From NCBI GenBank assembly GCA_963810965.1, contig CAWEPT010000012.1:4314-68313 (forward strand): DNA of 64,000 bases, written 5' to 3'. This document shows positions 1 to 13,043 of the stretch, piece after piece; within the stretch, counting starts at the first letter, position 1, and each line of letters starts with the position of its first letter. The position numbers and the translations under genes are program-made. A model generated the notes under the pieces. The model was not told the origin of the DNA. It did no database searches and worked only from the letters and a program-made list of their open reading frames with translations. The DNA is from an uncultured delta proteobacterium. Lineage in GTDB: Bacteria; Desulfobacterota; Syntrophia; Syntrophales; UBA2192.

Positions 1-357
1 GCCCCAGATGAACTCGAGGGCATCGACCTCGGCGCCGAGCCGGCTTGCGACCTCGCGCATCCTCACGCCGAAGACCCCGTTGATCAGGATCAGCACCTTG
101 TCGCCGGGCTCGACGAGGTTGACGAAGCAGGCCTCCATGCCGGCCGACCCGGTCCCGGAGATGGGGACGGTCAGATTGTTCTTCGTGTTCAGGAGCGTGC
201 GGAGGTGCTCCTTGAGCTCGTCCATGATCTTCAGGAACCAGGGGTCGAGGTGCCCCAGGGTCTTCTTGCCGATCGCCTCGTAGACCTGCGGGGGCACGCA
301 GGATGGCCCCGGCCCCATGAGCAGGACCTCTTCTATCCCCGCGAGCAGATTCTTCAT
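1..357 (-). CDS. Alanine-glyoxylate/serine-pyruvate aminotransferase family (class V), runs off the window edge
   Basis: Hand translation from ATG 357 gives MKNLLAGIEEVLLMGPGPSCVPPQVYEAIGKKTLGHLDP...SGTGSAGMEACFVNLVEPGDKVL...NGVFG, which are typical class V motifs. Confidence 0.85.
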   Translation of the reverse strand, partial: MKNLLAGIEEVLLMGPGPSCVPPQVYEAIGKKTLGHLDPWFLKIMDELKEHLRTLLNTKNNLTVPISGTGSAGMEACFVNLVEPGDKVLILINGVFGVRMREVASRLGAEVDALEFIWG

Positions 358-622
358 CCCTTCATTCTCCTTTCCGGCAGTCGCACCGCCGCATCGCGGC
401 AGGTCCGGTGCAAATATGGCATATCCAGCAGAAATCTTCAACCGCTGACCGTTTCCGGCACCGGGGCACGTACCGATGCAGACACACGGGCCTGCCGATC
501 CGACAGACCCTGCTTGAACCATGAAGTAAAAGATCGGAGTGGACTTTCTTTTCGTTTCTCTGACAGACCGCTCTTCCTCGCTTCCGATCTTCCGCTCTTC
601 GCCTTCTGCAACGCCTGCGGCG

Positions 623-1333
623 CTAGTCCCTGGGGACCAGGACGATCTCGATCCGCCGGTTTTTCGCACGCCCTTCCAGGGTTTCGTTCTCCGAGACGGG
701 GCGGTACTCCCCGTAGGCGGCTGCAGACAGGAGGGCGGGATCGACCCCCAGCCGCTGGAGATACCGGGCCACGTTGATGGCGCGGGCCGCCGAGAGCTCC
801 CAGTTCGAGGGGAACGCCCGGGCGAGCGCGCCGCCGACCTTGACATTGTCCGTGTGCCCCTCGACGCGGATCGCCTTGTCCTCCACCTGGCCGATGACCT
901 CGGCCACCTTTTGCAGGACTTGCCTGCCCTCGGGCTTGATGTCGGCCCTCCCCGAATCAAAGAGGATGGCGTCGACCATGTTCACGGTGAGCCTCCCCTG
1001 GAGCTCTGTGATCGTCACCTGCCCGTCTTCGATCTCGGACTTCATTTTCTCGATCATCTGCGTATAGGTCTTGCTGACCTCCTGAACCTTTTCCTCCCGG
1101 CTCTTCTCGAGCTGACCGATCTGCCCCTGCTGGTCCTGGACCTTTTTCGACAGTTCCTCGTTCTGTTTCCCGAGCCGCACGACTTCTTCCTTGCAGGTGG
1201 CAAGCCCCTGCTCGAGGCTGCCGGCCTCTTCCACCTTTTTCAGATAGGTGCTTTCCGTGACCATGCACCCCGACACGGACAGGGCTAACATCCCGGCGAG
1301 AGCCAGAAGCCAACTTTTTTTGATCATCTGCAA
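623..1333 (-). CDS. OmpA/MotB-family lipoprotein (coiled coil plus peptidoglycan-binding domain)
   Basis: Lipobox VSGC; motifs LFDSGRA, EGHTDN, NWELSAARA, NRRIEI. Confidence 0.85.
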   Translation of the reverse strand: MQMIKKSWLLALAGMLALSVSGCMVTESTYLKKVEEAGSLEQGLATCKEEVVRLGKQNEELSKKVQDQQGQIGQLEKSREEKVQEVSKTYTQMIEKMKSEIEDGQVTITELQGRLTVNMVDAILFDSGRADIKPEGRQVLQKVAEVIGQVEDKAIRVEGHTDNVKVGGALARAFPSNWELSAARAINVARYLQRLGVDPALLSAAAYGEYRPVSENETLEGRAKNRRIEIVLVPRD

Positions 1334-1576
1334 TCCTCCCCTTTCAGGAGCATGAACGATTAGCTCGAGAATCGGTTCCTCCGGTGAGCCCCCGGATCGA
1401 CCGGTCCCCGGTACCCCCTTTGATAGGGAAAGGCCCGAATCCTGTCAAGCCTCATTTTGACGGCGCAAAAGGCCCTTTCCTGACCTGAAACACGGGAGGA
1501 GACCATCAGCCACAAAAGGCTTGATTTCTCCTTTTATCTGGTATAAGAGTACAGGTTCAAAAATTTCATATCCAGG

Positions 1577-1624
1577 CACTCCTTGCCCGGACCCCGTGCC
1601 CGGGCTATAGAGCCGAAAGGAGGT
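1577..1624 (+). promoter_or_regulatory. Probable S6:S18 autoregulatory leader of rpsF
   Basis: ACTCCTT can pair with the SD AAGGAGGT; inner stem GCCCGG/CCGGGC; a CCG immediately before the SD; located just upstream of rpsF. Confidence 0.65.
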
Positions 1625-1632
1625 CAAAAGAC

Positions 1633-2064
1633 TTGAAGCGTTACGAAACTCTGTTCATCGTCCAGTCCGAGCTGTCCAGCGAGGAAATCACCGCCATCAT
1701 CGACCGCTACAGCAAGATCATCACCGACATGAAGGGGACTGTCCTGAAGGTCGAGAGATGGGGAAAGCGAAAGCTCGCCTACCTCATCCGGAAGCAGGCC
1801 CGGGGGTTCTACATCCTCATCGATTTCGCCGGCAGGCGCGAGATCGTCGCAGAGGTGGAGAGGATCCTGAAGTTCGACGACAAGGTCCTGAAGTACATGT
1901 CCGTGAAGCTTGCCGACAGCATCACGGCGGAAGAGATCGAAAAAGAACTGGCCGGGCCCCTGAAGTCCGATACTCCCCCGGCTGCGATCATCCCGGCGGA
2001 ATCCGCTACACCGATAACGACCACGACGACGTCCGCGACGTCGGAAGCCACGACGGAGGGATAA
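1633..2064 (+). CDS. rpsF: 30S ribosomal protein S6
   Basis: MKRYETLFI...WGKRKLAYLI...GFYIL; TTG start after a strong SD. Confidence 0.95.
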   Translation: MKRYETLFIVQSELSSEEITAIIDRYSKIITDMKGTVLKVERWGKRKLAYLIRKQARGFYILIDFAGRREIVAEVERILKFDDKVLKYMSVKLADSITAEEIEKELAGPLKSDTPPAAIIPAESATPITTTTTSATSEATTEG

Positions 2065-2068
2065 CAAC

Positions 2069-2405
2069 ATGAGAACGCCTTCAGACAGCACGACGGGCAG
2101 CCGGCCCAGGACAGGGTGGTCCGGGCGGAAGAGATTCGAGAGGACCGGGGGGAGGCGGGCCCGGAAGGCCGAGATCCGACCGGAGAGTCTTCCACCGGAG
2201 GAAGGTCTGCCGGTTCTGCACCGACTCGAACATGAAAATGTCCTACAAGGACGTGGACACCCTGCGGTACTTCGTGACGGAACGCGGAAAGATCATCCCC
2301 AGGCGCATCACGGGCAACTGCGCGCTCCACCAGAGGGCGCTGACGGTCGAGATCAAGCGCGCCCGTAACATCGCCCTGCTGCCCTTCATGGTAACGGAAG
2401 GCTGA
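2069..2405 (+). CDS. rpsR: 30S ribosomal protein S18 (one indel in the N-terminal extension)
   Basis: A second frame gives RRKVCRFC...[49 protein letters not shown]; stop TGA at 2403-2405. Confidence 0.92.
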
Positions 2406-2479
2406 CAGCGGCGACGCCTGTGCAGAAACGGCGGGCGGCGGGTGCGGTCTGAAATCGGCGATTCGAGGACAGCGTTCAC

Positions 2480-3445
2480 TTGGATGCAGGCAGAAACTTC
2501 AGCGTGAAGGAATTTATCCTGGGCGTAGGCATCACGACTGGTTTCTTTCTCCTCGTGGTCCTGAACCCCATTGTCGGTTTTATATTCAGCCTGTTCGCTC
2601 CGCTTCCGATCGCCTATTTCTACTGGAAGATGGGCCGGATTGCCGGGATCGCCATGTTCGCCCTGTCTTTCGGTCTTCTCGTGGCCGTTTTCCGGATCGG
2701 CGGTTTCGTGGAAAGCCTCCCGTTCTTCCTGGTGCTCGGGTCGGCGGGAGTCATCATCCCCGAAGTCCTGAGAAGGCGATACGGGATCGAGAAAACGGTG
2801 GGCCTGTCGGTTGCCGGACTTGTCGCGGTGATCGTCGCCATTCTGGCCTGGTACGGTCAGCTTCTCGAACGAGGCATCCTGGACATTGTCCGGGGGTACG
2901 TGGTCGACAGCATCAAGTACAGCATCGCGCTTTACGAGGAGATCGGGATCCCCCAGGAGCAGATCGACGCTCTGCGGGAGGGCGCCCCCGAGGTTGCGGG
3001 CTGGATCGTGGCGCACGGCGCGGCGCTGTTCCTGACGAGCACAACCTTTTTCATCTGGCTCAACGTGCTCGGCATGCGGATGTTTTTCCAGGGACGGGAC
3101 CCCTCGTTCCCCGATTTCGGCGATCTCGCCTGCTGGAAGATCCCGGACTGGGTCGTCTGGCTCGTCATCGCAGCGGGGGTCCTGATGATCGTCCCCGAGG
3201 AAATCGCGCAGATCGTCGGGCTCAACGCCATGATTATTCTGCTTTTTCTCTATCTCCTCCAGGGACTTTCGATTGTCCAGTTCTTTTTCAGGAAGAAAAA
3301 CATTCCGAGATACCTCCGGGCCCTTTTTTACGCCCTGATTGTGCTATACCAGTACCTGCTGGTTTTCATCTCCGCCGTCGGCCTGTTTGACATCTGGGTC
3401 GACTTCAGAAAGATGAACAGCCCCGTGAAGGACACGACGGCCTGA
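2480..3445 (+). CDS. YybS/DUF2232-family membrane protein
   Basis: Multi-TM protein; LQGLS and GLFDIWVDFRK motifs; usual position between rpsR and rplI. Confidence 0.85.
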   Translation: MDAGRNFSVKEFILGVGITTGFFLLVVLNPIVGFIFSLFAPLPIAYFYWKMGRIAGIAMFALSFGLLVAVFRIGGFVESLPFFLVLGSAGVIIPEVLRRRYGIEKTVGLSVAGLVAVIVAILAWYGQLLERGILDIVRGYVVDSIKYSIALYEEIGIPQEQIDALREGAPEVAGWIVAHGAALFLTSTTFFIWLNVLGMRMFFQGRDPSFPDFGDLACWKIPDWVVWLVIAAGVLMIVPEEIAQIVGLNAMIILLFLYLLQGLSIVQFFFRKKNIPRYLRALFYALIVLYQYLLVFISAVGLFDIWVDFRKMNSPVKDTTA

Positions 3446-3561
3446 GAAACTCAGGGTCGAGGGTCGAGGGAAGCGGGTCGAAAAGAAAAGCTTTTCAGTT
3501 GAATGCAGGCAGGCTGTCCTGACGGCCTGTGCGAACGAACTCTGCAAAAGGAGGAAGCAGC

Positions 3562-4011
3562 ATGAAGGTGATTTTGAAGGAAGACGTTGAATCCCTCGGC
3601 AAGCGCGGGGATACGATAAAGGTTGCAGACGGCTATGCGAGGAACTTCCTGATGCCGAAGGGGCTCGCCATTGCAGCCACGAGCAAGTCCGCCCAGGAGA
3701 TCGAGCACGAAAAGAAGCTCATCGCCAAACGCGCCGAAAAGGAAAAGAAGAACGCCGAAGCCATGCTGGCGAGCTTTGCCGGCGTGGCGGTGACCATCGC
3801 CCGCAAGACGGCGGACCAGGAGAAACTTTTCGGCTCCGTGACGGCCAAGGACATCGAGAATGCCCTGGTAGAAAAGGGGCTCAAGGTGGACCGCAAGCAG
3901 ATCGTCCTGGACGAGCCGATCAAGCAGCTCGGGGAATTCCCCGTCAAGATCAAGCTCTACCCGGGGATCGCAGCGGACATCACGGTAAAGGTCGTGGAAG
4001 AACAAGGCTAA
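3562..4011 (+). CDS. rplI: 50S ribosomal protein L9
   Basis: MKVILKEDVESLGKRGD...GYARNFLMP...KLFGSVT. Confidence 0.95.
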   Translation: MKVILKEDVESLGKRGDTIKVADGYARNFLMPKGLAIAATSKSAQEIEHEKKLIAKRAEKEKKNAEAMLASFAGVAVTIARKTADQEKLFGSVTAKDIENALVEKGLKVDRKQIVLDEPIKQLGEFPVKIKLYPGIAADITVKVVEEQG

Positions 4012-4145
4012 AGGATCAAGGCGAAAGGTCAAAGAGAAGAAGGCTCAGAGAGCCTCTTGCTTTTTACAGCCGGGGGCTGTAAACAATTCTTGTCCCGTGC
4101 TCTTAACCTTTATCCTTTTTCCTTTGTCCTGGTACCCGTGCCTTT

Positions 4146-5505
4146 ATGAAAGAGCTCGACATCTCAATCCTCAAAGTGCCGCCCCAGAACCTGGAGGCCG
4201 AACAGTCCATCCTCGGGGGCATCCTCCTCGAGAACGTCGCCATCAATCCGGTTCTGGAGCTCATGGCGGGCTCCGATTTCTACAGTGACGCCCACCGGAA
4301 GATCTTCGCGGCGGTCCTGGAGCTCTCCGAACGCAGCCAGCCCATCGATCTCATCACGCTGAGCAATCACCTCAAGGACAAGAAGCAGCTCGACGCCGTG
4401 GGCGGCAGCCGTGTACCTCTCCCAGCTCGTGGACAACGTCCCCTCGGCGGCCAACATCAGCCACTACGCCCGGATCGTCAAGGAAAAATCAATCCTGCGA
4501 AACCTGATCGGCACGGCCACGGAGATCCTGAACCGGACCTACGGCGCCGGGGCCGACGTGGACAGCGTCCTCGACGAGGCCGAGCACGCCATCTTCGAGA
4601 TCTCCCAGAACAAGGTCCGGCCCTCCTTCTACCCCCTCAAGGACATCATCAAGGACAGCTTCCGCACGATCGAGCGGCTCTACGAGAGAAAGGAGCTCAT
4701 CACGGGCGTCGCCACGGGATTCACGAAGCTCGACGAGATGACCTCGGGGCTCCAGCGATCGGATCTCATCATCATCGCCGGCCGCCCCAGCATGGGAAAA
4801 ACGGCCTTCGCCCTCAACATCGCCCAGTTCTGCTCCGTCGAGGAGGGGGTTCCCGTGGCCGTCTTCTCGCTGGAAATGTCCAAGGAGCAGCTCGCCATGC
4901 GCATGCTCTCCTCCGAGGCCCGGGTGGACTCCCAGAAGATCCGCAAGGGGTTCCTGGGCGAGTCGGACTGGCCGAAGCTCACAACGGCCGCCGGGAGGCT
5001 CTCCGAGGCCCGGCTGTTCATCGACGACACGCCCTCCATCTCGGTGCTCGAGATGAAGGCCAAGTCCCGCCGCCTCAAGGCCGAGCACGGCCTGGGGCTC
5101 ATCGTCCTGGACTACCTGCAGCTCATGAAGGGAAGCGCCTACGCCGACACGCGCGAGCAGGAGATCTCGGAGATCAGCCGCTCGCTCAAGGGGCTCGCGA
5201 AGGAGCTCAGCGTGCCCGTGGTGGCCCTCTCCCAGCTCAACCGCAAGGTGGAGGACCGCACGAGCCGCAGGCCCCAGATGGCCGATCTGCGCGAGTCGGG
5301 CGCCATCGAGCAGGACGCCGACGTCATCCTCTTCCTGTACCGCGACGAGGTCTACAACAAGTCCGACGACAACCCCGAGAAGGGCTTTGCCGAGGTCATC
5401 ATCGGCAAGCAGCGAAACGGCCCCGTCGGAACGATCAAGCTCGTCTTCCAGGAAAAATTCACCCGCTTCGAGAATGCGGCCTTCGCCCCCGGCGAGGAAT
5501 TCTAA
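4146..5505 (+). CDS. dnaB: Replicative DNA helicase (frameshift near 4410)
   Basis: PPQNLEAEQSILG N-terminus; AGRPSMGKT Walker A; DYLQL; DLRESGAIEQDAD. Confidence 0.95.
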
Positions 5506-5514
5506 ACAAGCTAA

Positions 5515-5562
5515 AAATCCCCCTCTGTCCCCCTTTCGATAAAGGGGGATGAAGGGGGATTT
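5515..5562. repeat. REP-like nested palindrome AAATCCCCCT-N3-TCCCCCTTT-CGAT-AAAGGGGGA-N3-AGGGGGATTT
   Basis: Inverted repeat seen directly, between convergent dnaB and rpoH. Confidence 0.7.
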
Positions 5563-5654
5563 GATAAAAAAAGCCCCCACCAATCCGGTCGAGGGCTTCT
5601 GATTTTCTTACTTGTAGTGTCTGTTCCCTGTACCCTATACCCTGGATCCCGGGC

Positions 5655-6515
5655 TTACGCCCGAGCCGTTTCCGGCTCCCCGTCTCCGATGACCTGGCGC
5701 ATCTTCCGGAGGGCTTCCTTTTCGACCTGGCGGGCCCGCTCGCGGGTGATCTTGAAGCGGTCGCCGATCTCCTGGAGGGTTTTCGGGCTCTCGGACATGA
5801 CGCGGTGCCGGATGATGTAGGCCTCGCGGTCGTTGAGCTTCGCAAGCGCCCCTGCGACGTTTCGCTTCACCAGGGCCGTCTCCTCATGGCGGATGAAGGA
5901 ATCCTCCTGGCTTTCACTCTTGTCGGCCAGGCAGTTGATGTGGGACAGCTCGCCGTCGTCGTCGATGAAGGCATCGAGCGAGAGATCGCGGCTGTTGAGC
6001 CGGACGTCCATCTCCTCGATCTCCGTCTCCTTCACGCTCAGGGACTCGGCGATCTCGGCGAACTCGGGGCTCTTCGCATCCATCTTCTGGAGCCTCTTCT
6101 TGGCCTGGTTGAGCTTGAAGAAGAGCTTGCGCTGGGCCTGGGTCGTGCCGATCTTCACAAGGCTCCAGGTCTTGATGAGGAAATTCTGCATGTAGGCGCG
6201 GATCCACCACACGGCATAGGAGATGAGCCGGTAGCCCTTGTAGGGGTCGAACTTCTTCACCGCGTGCATGAGCCCCACGTTTCCCTCCTGGATCAGGTCC
6301 AGGAGCTTCACACCGTAGTTGCGGTACTCGTGGGCGATCTTGACCACGAATCGAAGGTTCGAGGTGACGAGCTTTTCGGCCGCTTCCTTGTCGTTGTGCT
6401 TCTTGTAGCGGACGGCCAGCTTGAACTCCTCCTCGGGGGTCAGCAGGGCAAACTTGTTGATCTGCGAGATATATAAATCTAGCGTGCTGCTCGCAGCCGG
6501 TAGATTCATGTTCAT
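5655..6515 (-). CDS. rpoH: RNA polymerase sigma-32 factor
   Basis: SNLRFVVKIA, DLIQEGNVGL, YAVWWIRA and the RpoH box QRKLFFKL. Confidence 0.92.
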   Translation of the reverse strand: MNMNLPAASSTLDLYISQINKFALLTPEEEFKLAVRYKKHNDKEAAEKLVTSNLRFVVKIAHEYRNYGVKLLDLIQEGNVGLMHAVKKFDPYKGYRLISYAVWWIRAYMQNFLIKTWSLVKIGTTQAQRKLFFKLNQAKKRLQKMDAKSPEFAEIAESLSVKETEIEEMDVRLNSRDLSLDAFIDDDGELSHINCLADKSESQEDSFIRHEETALVKRNVAGALAKLNDREAYIIRHRVMSESPKTLQEIGDRFKITRERARQVEKEALRKMRQVIGDGEPETARA

Positions 6516-6789
6516 GGATGATCCTCCATTTTGGGCCTTTCAATCTAAGTCATAGAGAATATAGATATGGGGAGCATCTTGTCAAGACCTTCTTTGCAAT
6601 CATTATACAGAAAACCCGGCGTCCAAAAAAGAGATAACCCGTTGATTGAATGCCTTTTCTTGACATCCCCCCCGCCTGTCATTAAGTTAGGGTCCGAGCG
6701 GACGGCGGTGACGTTTCGGGAAGCGGTCGAGCAAACCGTCGTTTTCAATTTAACTTATTGATATTAAATCGCTTTTGAAGAGAGGAACG

Positions 6790-9430
<2,641 letters not shown>

Positions 9431-9490
9431 TCCGCGACGAAAAAAGAGGGTAAGAAGACAAATTCTAATTTCTGTGGAGGAAGACAAACC

Positions 9491-10344
9491 ATGAATTCTC
9501 TCAAGACTGCAGTCCTGCTCGGTTTGCTGACGGGACTCCTGGTCCTGATCGGCGGATACCTCGGCGGGAAGAAACGGCATGTTCATCGCCTTCATCTTCG
9601 CCATAGGCATGAACTTCTTCAGCTACTGGTTCTCCGACAAGATCGTGCTTCGCATGTACCAGGCCCAGGAGGTGACGCCCCAGCAGGCGCCCGAGCTGCA
9701 CCGGATGGTGCAGGACCTGGCCATGAAGGCGGGCCTTCCCATGCCGCGGGTCTACATCATCCCCGGGGACACGCCCAATGCCTTTGCCACGGGGCGAAAC
9801 GAAAAGCACGCCGTCGTGGCCGTCACCGAGGGGATCATGCGGATCCTGAGCCGCGAGGAGCTCGAGGGCGTCATCAGCCCATGAGCTCACCCACATCAAG
9901 AACCGCGACATCCTCATCGGGTCGATTGCGGCCACAATCGCCGGCGCCATCACCATGCTCGCCAACATGGCCCAGTGGGCGGCGATCTTCGGCGGCGGCC
10001 GCGGCGACGACGAGGAGGGCGGCGGCGGGTTCATCGGAATGATCTTCATGGCGATCCTGGCCCCCTTCGCGGCCATGCTGATCCAGATGGCCATTTCCCG
10101 CTCGAGGGAATACATGGCCGACGACGGCGGCGCCAAGGTATCGGGCAAGCCCTGGGCACTGGCAGGCGCCCTGGAGAAGCTGCAGGCGGCAAGCCAGGCC
10201 ATCCCCATGAACGCCAACCCGTCGACGGCCCACATGTTCATCGTGAACCCCCTCACGGGACGGGCGTTCATGAACCTCTTCAGCACCCACCCGCCCATCG
10301 AGGAGAGGGTTGCAAGGCTTCGCAGCATGAAGCCTCGCATGTAG
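9491..10344 (+). CDS. htpX: Zinc metalloprotease HtpX (indels near 9575 and 9880)
   Basis: [28 protein letters not shown] (across the shift), [15 protein letters not shown]. Confidence 0.9.
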
Positions 10345-10534
10345 CAGGCTGTTAAAAAACGCCCGTCTGCGGCGTTTCCCTCATACGTCAGAAGGCTACA
10401 GAGGCGTTTGAAGGTGAGCCACAGGTTGGAGAATCGCGAGAGCAGGCATTGATCGCAGGCATCATCCAACGTTCTTACCCTCTCACCTTCGTTACCTTCG
10501 CTTGCTTGCGGGATGCACCCTCGTAGCACCTGCT
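10343..10534. mobile_element. MITE-like element, related to the one at 18884
   Basis: Its 5' end GCAGGCTGTTAAAAAACGCCCGTCTGCGGCGTT aligns with the sequence from 18882 onward; short terminal IR AGCAGG/CCTGCT. Confidence 0.55.
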
Positions 10535-10550
10535 TTATAGGGAGGGAACC

Positions 10551-10988
10551 ATGGAAGACGAAAAGCAGGAGAAGGGCTTCGTAATCAAGGACCGCCGCCG
10601 CTTCGACGACTCGGGAGAGGCCAAGCCGGAGTCACCCCGGGAGGAGGCGGCTGCCAAACCTCAGGAGCCGAAACCGGAAGCGAAGGCCGCCGAACCCCGT
10701 CAAGACGAAAAGGCGCAAGAGGCCTCGACGGAACAACCGTTCCCCGAGCTCAACTTCGCCACCTTCGTCTTCTCGCTCGGCACGTCGGCCATGTACCACT
10801 TCGGCGACTTCCCCGACCCCGCGACCAAAAAGGCGGAGCGCAACCTCGAGGCGGCCAAGCAGACCATCGACATCCTCGGCATCCTGAAGGAAAAGACGAA
10901 GGGCAACCTCAATGACGACGAGGAGAGGCTTCTCGAATCGCTCCTCTATGAGTTGAGGATGCGCTACGTCAGGGAGACGGCGAAGTGA
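10551..10988 (+). CDS. DUF1844 domain protein
   Basis: GFVIKDRRRF; FATFVFSL; AKQTIDILGILKEKTKGNL...LYELRMRYV. Confidence 0.85.
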   Translation: MEDEKQEKGFVIKDRRRFDDSGEAKPESPREEAAAKPQEPKPEAKAAEPRQDEKAQEASTEQPFPELNFATFVFSLGTSAMYHFGDFPDPATKKAERNLEAAKQTIDILGILKEKTKGNLNDDEERLLESLLYELRMRYVRETAK

Positions 10989-11821
10989 TCACCATAGCGT
11001 CGCCGGCCAAGGTCAACCTCATCCTGAAGGTGCTGCGCCGCAGGGAAGACGGCTACCACGACATCGCCTCCCTGATGCAGAAGGTGAGCCTTGCCGACGA
11101 GATGGAGTTCGCCCCCCGCAAGGAAGGCATCGCGCTTGCCTGCCCGGGCTCGGACCTCCCCACGGGCGAGGGAAATCTCGTCGTTCGGGCGGCGCGCGCC
11201 CTCTTTGCCGAGGCGGGTTTTACGGGCGGGGTGGAGATCACCCTCCGGAAGCGTATCCCCACGGCGGCAGGCCTCGGCGGCGGCAGTTCCAACGCCGCCA
11301 CGACCCTCACGGTCCTCAACAACCTTTTCCAATTCGGCTTCGATCGTGAACGGCTCATCCGGATCGGCGCCCGACTCGGCGCCGATGTTCCCTTCTTCAT
11401 CTACGGAAGCACGGCCTGGGCCTTCGGGATCGGCGAGATCCTCGAGCCGGCCGAGACCCCACCCGGGATGTGGCTCGTTCTCGTCAACCCGGGATTCGAG
11501 GTCCCCACGAAATGGGTTTACCAGAGCCTGAATTTGCCGTTGACAAAGACCCCTTTAAAGTATACTATCCCTACCTTTTCAGGGGTGCGAGATCTGGCTG
11601 CGGCCCTGTCCAATGATCTGGAAACGGTCACGGTGGCGCGCCATCCCGTGCTCGAGGAGCTGAAAGGGTTCCTCCTCAGGCAGGGCGCCCTCGGGTCGCT
11701 CATGTCGGGAAGCGGGCCCACGGTCTTCGGACTCTTTGAAAACGAACCCGATGCAATCAAGGCTGAAGGCGCACTGAGGACATCGTACCCGTATGCGGTG
11801 TTCAAGGCTCAACCGATCTGA
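10985..11821 (+). CDS. ispE: 4-diphosphocytidyl-2C-methyl-D-erythritol kinase
   Basis: SPAKVNL, DGYHDI, AGLGGGSSNAA, GADVPFF, MSGSGPTVF. Confidence 0.95.
   Translation: MITIASPAKVNLILKVLRRREDGYHDIASLMQKVSLADEMEFAPRKEGIALACPGSDLPTGEGNLVVRAARALFAEAGFTGGVEITLRKRIPTAAGLGGGSSNAATTLTVLNNLFQFGFDRERLIRIGARLGADVPFFIYGSTAWAFGIGEILEPAETPPGMWLVLVNPGFEVPTKWVYQSLNLPLTKTPLKYTIPTFSGVRDLAAALSNDLETVTVARHPVLEELKGFLLRQGALGSLMSGSGPTVFGLFENEPDAIKAEGALRTSYPYAVFKAQPI
11540..11568 (+). promoter_or_regulatory. Sigma70 promoter inside ispE, probably driving tRNA-Gln-prs-rplY
   Basis: TTGACA-N17-TACTAT in an AT-rich patch of an otherwise GC-rich gene. Confidence 0.6.
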
Positions 11822-11874
11822 TCCCCCGATCATCGGATGCCTTCCCCCGCACGATTACGGAAATCCGTACGGGA

Positions 11875-11949
11875 TGGGGCGTCGGCAAGCGGTAAGCCAC
11901 GGGACTTTGGCTCCCGCATTCGGAGGTTCGAATCCTCCCGCCCCAGCCA
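11875..11949 (+). tRNA. tRNA-Gln (TTG)
   Basis: TGGGGCG/CGCCCCA acceptor stem; anticodon arm CGGGA-CTTTGGC-TCCCG; T-loop GGTTCGAATCC; encoded CCA. Confidence 0.97.
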
Positions 11950-11994
11950 ATATTTTTTCATAACATCAGGAACCCGTACCCAGGGTGACATGAC

Positions 11995-12939
11995 ATGCTC
12001 GAACGAATGCGCATCTTTTCGGGAAACTCGAACAAGAAGCTTGCAGAGGACATCTGCACGAAGCTCGGCATTGCCGTCGGCAAGGCCAACGTAGCCACCT
12101 TCAGCGACGGCGAGACGAGGGTGGAGATCAACGAGAACGTCCGCGGCATGGACGTCTTCATCATCCAGTCCACGTGCCCGCCCGTGAACGACCACGTGAT
12201 GGAGCTGCTGATCCTCATCGACGCCATGAAGCGCGCATCGGCCGACCGGGTCACGGCCGTGATCCCCTATTACGGCTACGCGCGGCAGGACCGCAAGGTC
12301 GCCCCCCGGGCCCCCATCTCGGCAAAGCTCGTGGCCGATCTCATCACCGCCGCCGGGGCCAACCGGGTGATGTCCCTCGATCTCCACGCCGGCCAGATCC
12401 AGGGCTTCTTCAACATTCCCGTGGACAACCTCTTCGCCACGCCCATCCTGCTGAAATACATGATGAGCAACTTCGCGAACAACCTGGTCATCGTCTCCCC
12501 GGACACGGGCGGTGTCGAGCGCGCCCGGGCCTTTGCCAAGCGCCTCGACGCGACGCTGGCCATCATCGACAAGCGCCGCGAGGGGCCCAACGAGTCCCAG
12601 GTGATGAACATCATCGGAAACGTCAAGGGCAAGCGCGTCATCATCCTCGACGACATGATCGACACGGCAGGAACCATGGTCCAGGCCGCGGCCGCCCTGG
12701 AAGCCGAAGGGGCCACGGAGGTCATCGCCTGCTGCACCCACGCCGTGCTCTCGGGGCCGGCCATCGACCGGATCGACGGCTCGAACCTCAAGGAGATCAT
12801 CGTGACGGACTCGATTCCGCTCCACGAGCGGGCAATGCAGTGCAAGAAGAAAATCACCGTTCTGCCCGTCGCGGGCTTTCTCAGCGAGGCGGTTCGTCGT
12901 ATCTATTACAACGACTCGGTGAGTTCGTTGTTCATTTAG
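11995..12939 (+). CDS. prs: Ribose-phosphate pyrophosphokinase
   Basis: FSDGE, PYYGYARQDRK, DLHAGQIQGFF, DDMIDTAGT. Confidence 0.97.
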   Translation: MLERMRIFSGNSNKKLAEDICTKLGIAVGKANVATFSDGETRVEINENVRGMDVFIIQSTCPPVNDHVMELLILIDAMKRASADRVTAVIPYYGYARQDRKVAPRAPISAKLVADLITAAGANRVMSLDLHAGQIQGFFNIPVDNLFATPILLKYMMSNFANNLVIVSPDTGGVERARAFAKRLDATLAIIDKRREGPNESQVMNIIGNVKGKRVIILDDMIDTAGTMVQAAAALEAEGATEVIACCTHAVLSGPAIDRIDGSNLKEIIVTDSIPLHERAMQCKKKITVLPVAGFLSEAVRRIYYNDSVSSLFI

Positions 12940-13043
12940 GCATCAGGCCAGGGCTTAGGGCTAAAGGCAAGAGGAATAACAATTCTTTCAAGCCTGTTGC
13001 CATAGCCTGTTGCCAGGAGCCATAGTTATAATTGGAGGTTTCG

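Noticed and set aside
1352-1363. 12-mer ATGAACGATTAG shared with 31722-31733
   Set aside because: A single short match with no wider similarity; compatible with chance.
6516-6789. CIRCE or a clear sigma32 promoter between rpoH and clpB
   Set aside because: No TTAGCACTC-N9-GAGTGCTAA is present, and the sigma32-like boxes have poor spacing or match.
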